From: a virus
Lineage: Duplodnaviria; Caudoviricetes
Reading direction: 5' to 3' (one strand)
Length of the DNA stretch: 33,732 nucleotides
Virus record (IMG/VR): IMGVR_UViG_3300044670_001884
Coordinates: 1 to 33,732 of that record
Below are positions 15,482-22,889 of the stretch, piece by piece; the stretch's first letter is position 1, and every line of letters starts with the position of its first letter. The position numbers and the translations under genes were made by a program. The notes below the pieces were generated by a model that made no database searches, had not been told where the DNA came from, and was given only the letters and a program-made list of their open reading frames with translations.

Positions 15482-16846
15482 CTACTTTTTTTTTAAGTCT
15501 GTACTGTATCGCTCGACGGCTTCGGCGAACGTACTAAAAAGCGATTGCTGGTCGGGATGGTCGTTCATTCGATCAAACATTAGCTTTTGCTTGCCCTTTT
15601 CTTTTTCGTTCTCTAGCTTGAACTTCGTCGTTTTGCTTGCTTTCTTTCCTTCGCCGAACAGACCTAGTTGATCGCCCGATTTTGCGTCCTCGTTATCGAC
15701 TTTTTTGCTCGGCATTTCGATACCGGGTTTTTCCGATTTACCTTGTGCTTGTAGTCGGTCGACTTCTTTTTTTCCGTAACTTTTGCATTGCCGGTTGTAA
15801 TCTTCCTCGTCTTTGTAGTCCGAACGTTCGAGCGGAGTCATTTCGTTCCACGGCTTCATCCCAGCGGCTGCATATTGCCCCGCTTGGAATCTTCCTTTTA
15901 GCCTGCCTACTGCTGCGTCCGCAACCTTGTCGAGAATTTTGCCGCCCGCTCGCTTTGCAAGATTTAACCCGCTCGTTTTTGCGTACCCTTCGCCGAATCC
16001 TTTGCGAAAATCGCGAAACATACTCGGTTGCTCCGGTTCCGCCGGTAGATACCCGGTTTTTGCGAGCACGTCGCGTAAAGTTTGCTGTGCATTGCTTTGT
16101 GTAATTGCGAGACGCAACTGGTGCCCGTTTTCAATAGCCTCCGGGCTCGGTAGTCCGAGCATCTGCGCAAACTCTTGTAGTTGTTGCGGCGTCGCATCAA
16201 ACGCACCTGAAGCGACGATATGGCTGTCGAGCGTTGGATCCTGTCCTTGTAACTCGATTCCTGCTTGCGTCGTTTCGTATACTGGCGGGCTCGGTATGCG
16301 CTGGCCCGGTGGTGGTGGTGGCTTAACTATCTGTTGTTGCTTTTCCGCTTCCGGCTGCGGAGTTTGTTGCGGAGTGTCCTGCTTTTGTTTTTCGTTGCCC
16401 TGTTTTTGCTTCGGCTCGGATTGCTTTTCGATTTGCCCCGACCTTAGCAATAATTCCGCCCCATCTTTGCCCATTTGTTTTACGATGGTTTTATATTCAT
16501 CTTCACTAATAACCATCCTTTCTTTCGGCTTTGGTGATGCTGTTTGTGCGCTTTGTTGCTTGTTTTGGTTTTGCATCGCAGAACGCTCGGCTGACTGTTG
16601 TTTCAGCGGCTTCGTGCCGAACGTTGCCTGCATTTGCTTATCCAACTCGTCCAATGAGCTCGGGTCTGATGTTTTTGCAACTGGCTTTTGTTTTTGCGGA
16701 GTTTGAGCCTCTACCGCTTCCCTGAACGTCGTTTTTTTCTCTGGAACGGGTGGTGGTTGCTTTTTCGGCAACGGCTGTGGCTCTAGGCTGTAACCGTTGT
16801 CCACTTGTTTTCCAAAATCATCTAGCTGTTGGTAGGCTTGTCTCAT
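15482..16846 (-). CDS. Gln/Pro/Lys-rich, largely disordered protein in the MuF position (454 aa)
   Basis: ATGA overlap with the portal stop; low-complexity composition; several QxxLF/MF motifs near the C-terminus. Confidence 0.8.
   Translation of the reverse strand: MRQAYQQLDDFGKQVDNGYSLEPQPLPKKQPPPVPEKKTTFREAVEAQTPQKQKPVAKTSDPSSLDELDKQMQATFGTKPLKQQSAERSAMQNQNKQQSAQTASPKPKERMVISEDEYKTIVKQMGKDGAELLLRSGQIEKQSEPKQKQGNEKQKQDTPQQTPQPEAEKQQQIVKPPPPPGQRIPSPPVYETTQAGIELQGQDPTLDSHIVASGAFDATPQQLQEFAQMLGLPSPEAIENGHQLRLAITQSNAQQTLRDVLAKTGYLPAEPEQPSMFRDFRKGFGEGYAKTSGLNLAKRAGGKILDKVADAAVGRLKGRFQAGQYAAAGMKPWNEMTPLERSDYKDEEDYNRQCKSYGKKEVDRLQAQGKSEKPGIEMPSKKVDNEDAKSGDQLGLFGEGKKASKTTKFKLENEKEKGKQKLMFDRMNDHPDQQSLFSTFAEAVERYSTDLKKK
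15485..15494 (-). other. Candidate -1 frameshift or slippage site (A9G, containing A-AAA-AAG) immediately before a TAG stop
   Basis: TTA AAA AAA AAG TAG in frame 0; the -1 frame reads AAA AAA AAA GTA GAT AGG TAC... without a stop into 10842..15395. Confidence 0.65.
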
Positions 16847-18441
16847 AGGTAGGTTTCCACCCTGTTCTTAAACGCTCGTTTCATTGCGGCGCCGTTTGCG
16901 CTGTTTTGTTCGATTATCTGCCCCAAATCTATCGGTTTCGACGCTGGCACTCCCGCCGGTGGCATCGCGGCCATTTGCGATTCGACTTCCGGCATCCCCA
17001 TCGCGGCCTGCCCTGCTTGCATGAACGCCGGGTTTTGCAGAACTTCGTCGCTTGCATCTGGCATTGATACTCCAATGGTGTCGGCAACTTCGTCGGCCTT
17101 TATTTTCATTCCCATATCCCACGCCATTTTCATTGAAGCAAGCCGCCGATCACTGTCCGGTTCTTCGGTGCTGATTCGGAACTGCAAGCGAATGTTTGCG
17201 CTGCCGGGAAAGTTCCATAACTGCAACGGCCTTAGAAAATCGGTGGTAATTGTTTCTTCAAGGTTTACGCTGTCATACTGAACAATATCTGCGAGTGTCG
17301 CTAGGTGAGCGTCGGCAACTCCCGAACCTAAGCCGGTCGCTTCCGCTTCGCTGCTCAATACTTGCCCGAGAATAAATCGCTTTATCTTGTGGCCCCAATA
17401 CGTCCGAATCATGTCGATGGTCGTATTGATACCACCGAGCCCGGGTTCGATTAGCCTCGGAACGTAAAGCTCTTGGTCCTCGCCGGGCTGAATCGGTGCG
17501 AGAATAATCGTTCTTCCGCCTCCCATTGCTTCCTCGGCGGCTTTTTCCGTCGCCGCTTTTTGAGCCGGGCTACCTGCTTGGTACGGCCATATCTCTACGC
17601 CAAACGCTGCTCGGTCTAAATACTCGACTACTCTCTGCAAGCACTCAATCATCGCGTACCAATCCCAATAGATATAGTCGCGGATACCGACGCCGTTAAT
17701 TCGCCCCGCCATTTTCGGCTCGAAAAACGGCGCGTCCTCAATCATGTGTTTATGCACTACCGCCTGCCGACGTTCCCACTTGTCGAGCCAATAAACAAGC
17801 CCTTCCTCTGTTGGCTGCACTTTTTGCACGACTTCGCCCGTTGTCGGATCGAGGTAGTTTCTCGGTGCCGAATATGCGGTGCTAACCCTGATGCCGACTT
17901 GGCCGTTTACGTGCTTCAGCGTGCCGTCGTCGAATCGAAACTTTAGCTTGTCTCCGTTTCGCGGACTCCAACCGTTACAGCAAATTCGATTGATACCGCC
18001 GATCCGTTTATTTTCAAACGTCCCCAGCGTCATGTACCGCCCGTACCACAGCGCCTCGAGCAAGCACCGACGCATTTCTGTGAATCGCGGCGTTTCTTGC
18101 AAAATGTCCGTCATTGCCCTGACGAGCTCCTGCTGCTCGAAGCTGCTCGAGTCCTCTGGTTCAATCGACCAGTTTTGCAGGGCTACGGCTCGCTGCCGGG
18201 CGTGCAGGGATTCCATAATCCCGCAATCATTACGCATCCGATACGCATTTTCACGCGAGTCGGCGATTGCTTGATCGGCTGATAGGTAGGAATAGCTAAC
18301 TAATCCATACCTGCCGTTCACGCTGCTGACGTGAGGCAAAATCTCGCGGCTGAAATTGGGAGCTCCCGACGTTCCTGCCGCTGGATCTTTTGCTCGGCTG
18401 TATAGAAACTCGGCTGGTAACGCTGCGTCGTCGTTTTTCAT
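16843..18441 (-). CDS. Portal protein (DUF935 / Mu gp29-like, 532 aa)
   Basis: M.NDCGIMESLHARQRAV...WSIEP, LLEALWYG, YLDRAAFG, IKRFILGQVLSS....GLGS.VA..H, LEETITTDFLRPL..WNFPG are typical DUF935 segments. Confidence 0.85.
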   Translation of the reverse strand: MKNDDAALPAEFLYSRAKDPAAGTSGAPNFSREILPHVSSVNGRYGLVSYSYLSADQAIADSRENAYRMRNDCGIMESLHARQRAVALQNWSIEPEDSSSFEQQELVRAMTDILQETPRFTEMRRCLLEALWYGRYMTLGTFENKRIGGINRICCNGWSPRNGDKLKFRFDDGTLKHVNGQVGIRVSTAYSAPRNYLDPTTGEVVQKVQPTEEGLVYWLDKWERRQAVVHKHMIEDAPFFEPKMAGRINGVGIRDYIYWDWYAMIECLQRVVEYLDRAAFGVEIWPYQAGSPAQKAATEKAAEEAMGGGRTIILAPIQPGEDQELYVPRLIEPGLGGINTTIDMIRTYWGHKIKRFILGQVLSSEAEATGLGSGVADAHLATLADIVQYDSVNLEETITTDFLRPLQLWNFPGSANIRLQFRISTEEPDSDRRLASMKMAWDMGMKIKADEVADTIGVSMPDASDEVLQNPAFMQAGQAAMGMPEVESQMAAMPPAGVPASKPIDLGQIIEQNSANGAAMKRAFKNRVETYL

Positions 18442-18443
18442 TA

Positions 18444-19424
18444 TTAGCCTCTGTCTGGGGCGCCTCTGTCCGGCGTTCCTCGGTCTGTTTGTCCGTAATC
18501 CTGTGCCGGTAGAGTGCTACGCCGGAAGCCGCGTCGGTATAGCTCGCGTTCTCGGTTCGTCGCGTTCGCCGGAAGTCTAGCATTAAGTTGGCTTGGTCTG
18601 CCAAGTGGTTTTAGATACCGCGTCCTGAAACCTTTTCGCGTCGCCTTTCTCGGAACGTACTCGCCTGTGACTGCAACAAGACGATATTGCACTTGATGCC
18701 CGAAAATCGTTCCTCTCACGCGTAGGTGGTCCCATACGGCGGATCCCGGCGATTCTATAGCTTGCGTCCTGAATCGCCTGTATTTTTGCGTTGTTACGCC
18801 GTAGTAAGCGTAAGTAGGACCGGGGCCGGTTCTCGGGGAGTTTTTGCTGACTGCCGGTGCGAGAAACGTGACATACAATATTCCAGAGGCTTTGCTTTCT
18901 GGCTGCCAAAAATACGAATAAACGTTGCTGCTCGTTACCCGCACCGCGTTCTGCATTGCAAGCTGAAATTCGTCCTCGTCGTAATCTAAGCTACGTCCAA
19001 GCGTTTCGATTTCGTCATATTCTCGCTCGCGTTCTTGCTCTGCCGCCCTTCTTCTTTGCCACTCGGCAACCCATTCGTCCTCGGTGAATCCGCGTCTACC
19101 TGCCGGGAACGGTGGCGGTAGCCTTCCTCCCGGGTCGATAATATCGTCAAGTGGCGGCCTCGGTGGTGGTGGTGGCGCGACTCCGACCGCCGGGGGCTGC
19201 GGCTGGCCTATTACTTGGTCTTGCCTGACTCGCTGAAGCCTAGACCGTAGGCCCATATCCTCGAGTCGTCTGCGGAGGCTTCGACGTATGCCCTGCCCTG
19301 CCTCGATTGGCGGCTTTTCGATGTAAACGCTGCCCTCTGTACGATTGTTGCGAGTGCCGAGCCCTCCGGGTCTACCAAGGAGAAAATCGCGTGAGAGTCT
19401 TGCAAGTCTGCTTAATGAGCTCAT
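18444..19424 (-). CDS. Arg/Pro-rich basic protein with a KTSC-like domain (326 aa)
   Basis: VTSSNVYSYFWQPES...LYVTF...TYAYYGV....Y..F....ESPGSAVWDHLR matches the KTSC pattern (~18720-18944); TAATG coupling to terL. Confidence 0.7.
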   Translation of the reverse strand: MSSLSRLARLSRDFLLGRPGGLGTRNNRTEGSVYIEKPPIEAGQGIRRSLRRRLEDMGLRSRLQRVRQDQVIGQPQPPAVGVAPPPPPRPPLDDIIDPGGRLPPPFPAGRRGFTEDEWVAEWQRRRAAEQEREREYDEIETLGRSLDYDEDEFQLAMQNAVRVTSSNVYSYFWQPESKASGILYVTFLAPAVSKNSPRTGPGPTYAYYGVTTQKYRRFRTQAIESPGSAVWDHLRVRGTIFGHQVQYRLVAVTGEYVPRKATRKGFRTRYLKPLGRPSQLNARLPANATNRERELYRRGFRRSTLPAQDYGQTDRGTPDRGAPDRG

Positions 19425-20842
19425 TACCGAATCCTGTTGTATAGATTTCGCCGCCCATTTTTTCCGAGTGATTGTAAGCTCTGTCCAAATCTGTTGTTTT
19501 CGATTTCATAGCGTTTTCGATCCGCGACCGCATCTTCCGGCTGTGTTAGCGCCGCCAATCGGTTTAACGCCGCGCTTGCTGCGTCAACTTGGTCGGCCTG
19601 AGATGATTCGGGAAACGCGGATAGCTCGCTTAGAAATTCTTGGTTCCACGGTGCTTTGACGATCCGAACGTTTCCCGCTTCGGCCTGTGCTGCTAGTGGC
19701 TGCGCTCTGGTTATTTTTGCCTGACCCGGTAGCTTTACGCCGCCGACGTTTCGCTGTGCCGAACCGCTTGCTAAATCGCGATAGACCGGAAACCCTGCAA
19801 GCATTTTTATCATTTGCTGCATTACTTCTTTGCCACCCGAACCTCCCTCCTGCTCCGCGTAAATTAGCACTTCGCCGTTGAATTTATCACTGTCGGCGTT
19901 TGCTGTTTGCAGGATTACAGTGTCGCGGTCTGCTGGGCTCCATTGCCCGCGAACAACGTCCTCAATATAGAAAATTCCTCTCGGGCAACGTGATACGCGA
20001 ACGCCTGCCGTAAACGAGCTCGTTGCGATAGTGCTTGCTGCTTTGTCCCAATACCGAACTCGCAACGCATCTCTCGGTGCTTGGTCGACGGGTATAAACC
20101 ACTCACGCCGAAACATTAACCCGTCAATGTCAATGAACTGACCGCCGAGCTCCTGAGCGGCAAGCAATGGCGATAGGTCTTGCTGCATCGAGTCGAAGAA
20201 GTCCTCTGGCAGAAACGGATTGTCCGCTGTGCTCGCCTGTATTAGCTTTACACCCTTCTTCGGAACGTACGGTATGCCTTGTATAACGACTTGATTTTGT
20301 TCATGTCCTTCCGCGCGTGCGTAGCACAATTCGAATGTCCAATGCGAGCGGCCTCGAGGTGTCATTGTAAGAATCGTCGGTCCCATCACGCCGCCGCGTC
20401 GCAACGTAGCTCTCGCAATACGCATTGCGTCAACTGGCTGATAGCTTGCCTCGTCGAGCCATAGACCACTTTTGTTAGGACCGCGTAGCTTGTCCGGTTT
20501 CTCCGCCGACCTAAAAACGATCTGTGCCTCACCGCCGTCGAGCGTTTCCCACCATATTCGTGGGTATGGGCTCATTACAACGCGGTTGAGGCAGTTTAGC
20601 TTTTCGCAATTTTCGATGAACGTCGGAACGGTAGTTTCCATTGACACGCCCGCATCGGGGCTAACTGCCATCCAGTGATCGTTGTGCCGAGCTCTTGTGA
20701 TAATTCGATAGCTGCCGATAAACGTTTTGCCGCCTCCTCGACCGCACACCATTGCGGTAATTGGATAGTCGCTCGCGAGAAAATCGGCCTGCACTTGGCT
20801 GATAGGTAGAACGGGAACCGCCTCTGCTGCCGATGCGATCAT
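19424..20842 (-). CDS. terL: Terminase large subunit (472 aa)
   Basis: Walker A CGRGGGKT, LRGPN..GLWLDEAS Walker B, TMTP coupling motif, ASTADNPFL, RNase H-like YWDKA / EQEGGSGGK / DQVDA. Confidence 0.95.
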   Translation of the reverse strand: MIASAAEAVPVLPISQVQADFLASDYPITAMVCGRGGGKTFIGSYRIITRARHNDHWMAVSPDAGVSMETTVPTFIENCEKLNCLNRVVMSPYPRIWWETLDGGEAQIVFRSAEKPDKLRGPNKSGLWLDEASYQPVDAMRIARATLRRGGVMGPTILTMTPRGRSHWTFELCYARAEGHEQNQVVIQGIPYVPKKGVKLIQASTADNPFLPEDFFDSMQQDLSPLLAAQELGGQFIDIDGLMFRREWFIPVDQAPRDALRVRYWDKAASTIATSSFTAGVRVSRCPRGIFYIEDVVRGQWSPADRDTVILQTANADSDKFNGEVLIYAEQEGGSGGKEVMQQMIKMLAGFPVYRDLASGSAQRNVGGVKLPGQAKITRAQPLAAQAEAGNVRIVKAPWNQEFLSELSAFPESSQADQVDAASAALNRLAALTQPEDAVADRKRYEIENNRFGQSLQSLGKNGRRNLYNRIR

Positions 20843-21378
20843 TTCTTTGCCTTCACGTCTATAGTGTTCGCCGCGATCTTTTCGAGCTCCGAATAGTGCA
20901 TCTGTTGCAACGAGTCAATTTCTCCGCGTGTGTGAACGATTACTTCGATAAGCCCCGATCTTGCGAGAGTGTCTACTTTTCCACCGTCGTCTTTGTGTGC
21001 CGCTACGATATTGCCGATTGCGGTATTTGCTTTTTCTGCGAGCGCGAGGAAACGCGGATCCCCGGGTGGATTGTCTGCTGTTCTGCTCTTGTCGAACGAA
21101 TCAAACGCGAGAGACAAAATTCTCCGCTGCGTCATCAACACTGTGTCGACTAAATCTTGGTGTAGCTCAATTCGCTCTTGCTTCCACGCTTCCCTGCCCC
21201 GGTCTATGGCTTTGTAAACCGTTCGCTCGCTGATGTTCAAACGCTCGGCAATCTCGGCGGTTGAATAACCCTCGAGGTGCATTGTTAGAGCGTCGCAATC
21301 TCGAATATTGGCCCGAGTCGCTAGGTCTTTCTGTTGACGCCTAGCGACTCCGACCGATTTGCTGCCATTGTTGCTCAC
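20839..21378 (-). CDS. terS: Terminase small subunit (N-terminal HTH, 179 aa)
   Basis: GYSTAEIAERLNISERTVYKAI HTH followed by helices; ATGA overlap with terL. Confidence 0.75.
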   Translation of the reverse strand: MSNNGSKSVGVARRQQKDLATRANIRDCDALTMHLEGYSTAEIAERLNISERTVYKAIDRGREAWKQERIELHQDLVDTVLMTQRRILSLAFDSFDKSRTADNPPGDPRFLALAEKANTAIGNIVAAHKDDGGKVDTLARSGLIEVIVHTRGEIDSLQQMHYSELEKIAANTIDVKAKK

Positions 21379-21381
21379 TGT

Positions 21382-22437
21382 TTATTCCCCGTTGGCGGCT
21401 GCCTCCCTCTCCATCGCTGCCATAATTTGACTGACCGACGAAGGTTTGCATTTGTCCGGGTATTGCTGTTTGAGAAGCGTGACAATCTGGTTTTTCGTGC
21501 AACCGTCGAAAGCCATTTGCCGAACCTGCTCTTTGTAGTTTCCTATTTCCTCGTAGGTGTTTATTTCACCGTTTGCCTCGCGCATTGCTGCCGCGTCCTG
21601 CCTTTCCTTCATGTATTTTTTTGCTTCGCTTAGTTGCTCGTTATCTCTTTCGCGAACTGCCGTTAGGTGCTGCTCCGCTGTCAACGATGGATTGGGTGCT
21701 TGTCCGTCAACCGGAACGCCGATTTCTCTCGCGTAGTCAATCACTGTTTGTTGATCGACGTTTTTCATTCTCGCTATTTGCTTGCTCGGAACGCCTTGCT
21801 CGAGCAATATTTCCATCGACTCCGGTGCGATGATTGGATCGGTTCTAATTGGTTTTTCGACCACAACCTTGTTCTGTTGCTTTCGGCTTTGTCGCTTCTC
21901 CCATTGTTCACGTAAATCTTCCTGCATCTTTTGGTAATGCGGGCTGACCGTCGGAACGTCCTCGCCGGATTCAATTACGTCTAGCACTCGTCGGGTGTCA
22001 GGTTGATTAAACTCGTCTTTCCAGTGATAGATTTTGGCAATTTGCGACGGCGTTACTTTTTGCACTCGCGCTAGGTAGCTGATGGATTCGAGCATGATTG
22101 GCGTTGGCTCTCGCTGAGCTCGCTGTAATGCTCTCTGCCACGCTTTCCATAGCTCCTCCGTGCCGCCGGGATTTGCGTGATGATCGTCGCGGAACTTGTC
22201 TACTTCGTCGCTCCACTCGTCTAATGCTAACACAAGCGAGTAAGCCGATTCCTCGATTTCTACGCCGCCCTGTATTTCATCGCAGAGAAGCGACCATTCC
22301 CTATCTAACTTTTGCGTAATGACTTTTACCTCGCGTCGCTGGTACTCCACTGTCGGCGCAGAGTCGTCGTTTTCCCAAGCGAGATGTTCACGCTCGAGCT
22401 CACGCACTCTGTTAGATAGCTCTTGCCAAGTTTTCAT
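21382..22437 (-). CDS. Helical protein with three HTH-like units (likely start MKTWQEL at 22437)
   Basis: KVTPSQIAKIY, GVPSKQIARMKNVDQQTVIDY and GCTKNQIVTLL..SSVSQI; GGGG upstream of ATG 22437. Confidence 0.65.
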   Translation of the reverse strand: MKTWQELSNRVRELEREHLAWENDDSAPTVEYQRREVKVITQKLDREWSLLCDEIQGGVEIEESAYSLVLALDEWSDEVDKFRDDHHANPGGTEELWKAWQRALQRAQREPTPIMLESISYLARVQKVTPSQIAKIYHWKDEFNQPDTRRVLDVIESGEDVPTVSPHYQKMQEDLREQWEKRQSRKQQNKVVVEKPIRTDPIIAPESMEILLEQGVPSKQIARMKNVDQQTVIDYAREIGVPVDGQAPNPSLTAEQHLTAVRERDNEQLSEAKKYMKERQDAAAMREANGEINTYEEIGNYKEQVRQMAFDGCTKNQIVTLLKQQYPDKCKPSSVSQIMAAMEREAAANGE

Positions 22438-22456
22438 CTTAACCCCGTAGTAAGTG

Positions 22457-22888
22457 TTAGGCTTTCGCAACGCCTGTCACGTTAAGCCCGAGTAGTAAAA
22501 TCTCTGACGAGATAGCGTAACCGAGTATCGTTAATGTCGAAGCTATTGCTAAATCCGCAACCGGCGCGATACCCCCGGCGTTCGCCGACGAAAGTACGTA
22601 AACCTCTCCTTGAGCGAGCGGCGCCGTTGCACCGAAGTCAATTTGCGTGTCCGTTCTTGCGACAACTCCGGTTTGATCTGCTGCTGCGGTTGTAAGTGAT
22701 ATTGCAAGTTGACCCGTGTTCGCTGGTTTTGTCGGATCCGTTGCGACCGCTAAATAGTATTTTTGGTCTGTGCCGTCTTGGTACACCATTTGACCTGCGG
22801 TGATTGCTTCGCCGAACTCAACCGCGCGTACTGAGCCGGTCGTTCCTGATCGAACCAAGTCGTTTGCTACCACTACAACGTCGGCCAT
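22457..22888 (-). CDS. Second cement/decoration-like structural protein (143 aa from ATG 22888)
   Basis: GEAITAGQMVY....YYLA.A...AISL...A.Q.G...LAQGEVYVLS...GGI resembles the DUF2190-type fold; TAATATG coupling. Confidence 0.55.
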   Translation of the reverse strand: MADVVVVANDLVRSGTTGSVRAVEFGEAITAGQMVYQDGTDQKYYLAVATDPTKPANTGQLAISLTTAAADQTGVVARTDTQIDFGATAPLAQGEVYVLSSANAGGIAPVADLAIASTLTILGYAISSEILLLGLNVTGVAKA

Positions 22889-22889
22889 A

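Noticed and set aside
15482-15484. TAG readthrough or stop-codon reassignment joining the 454-aa and 1517-aa ORFs
   Set aside because: The downstream ORF is in the -1 frame, so in-frame readthrough would not join them; TAG also ends the capsid, cement and protease genes normally.
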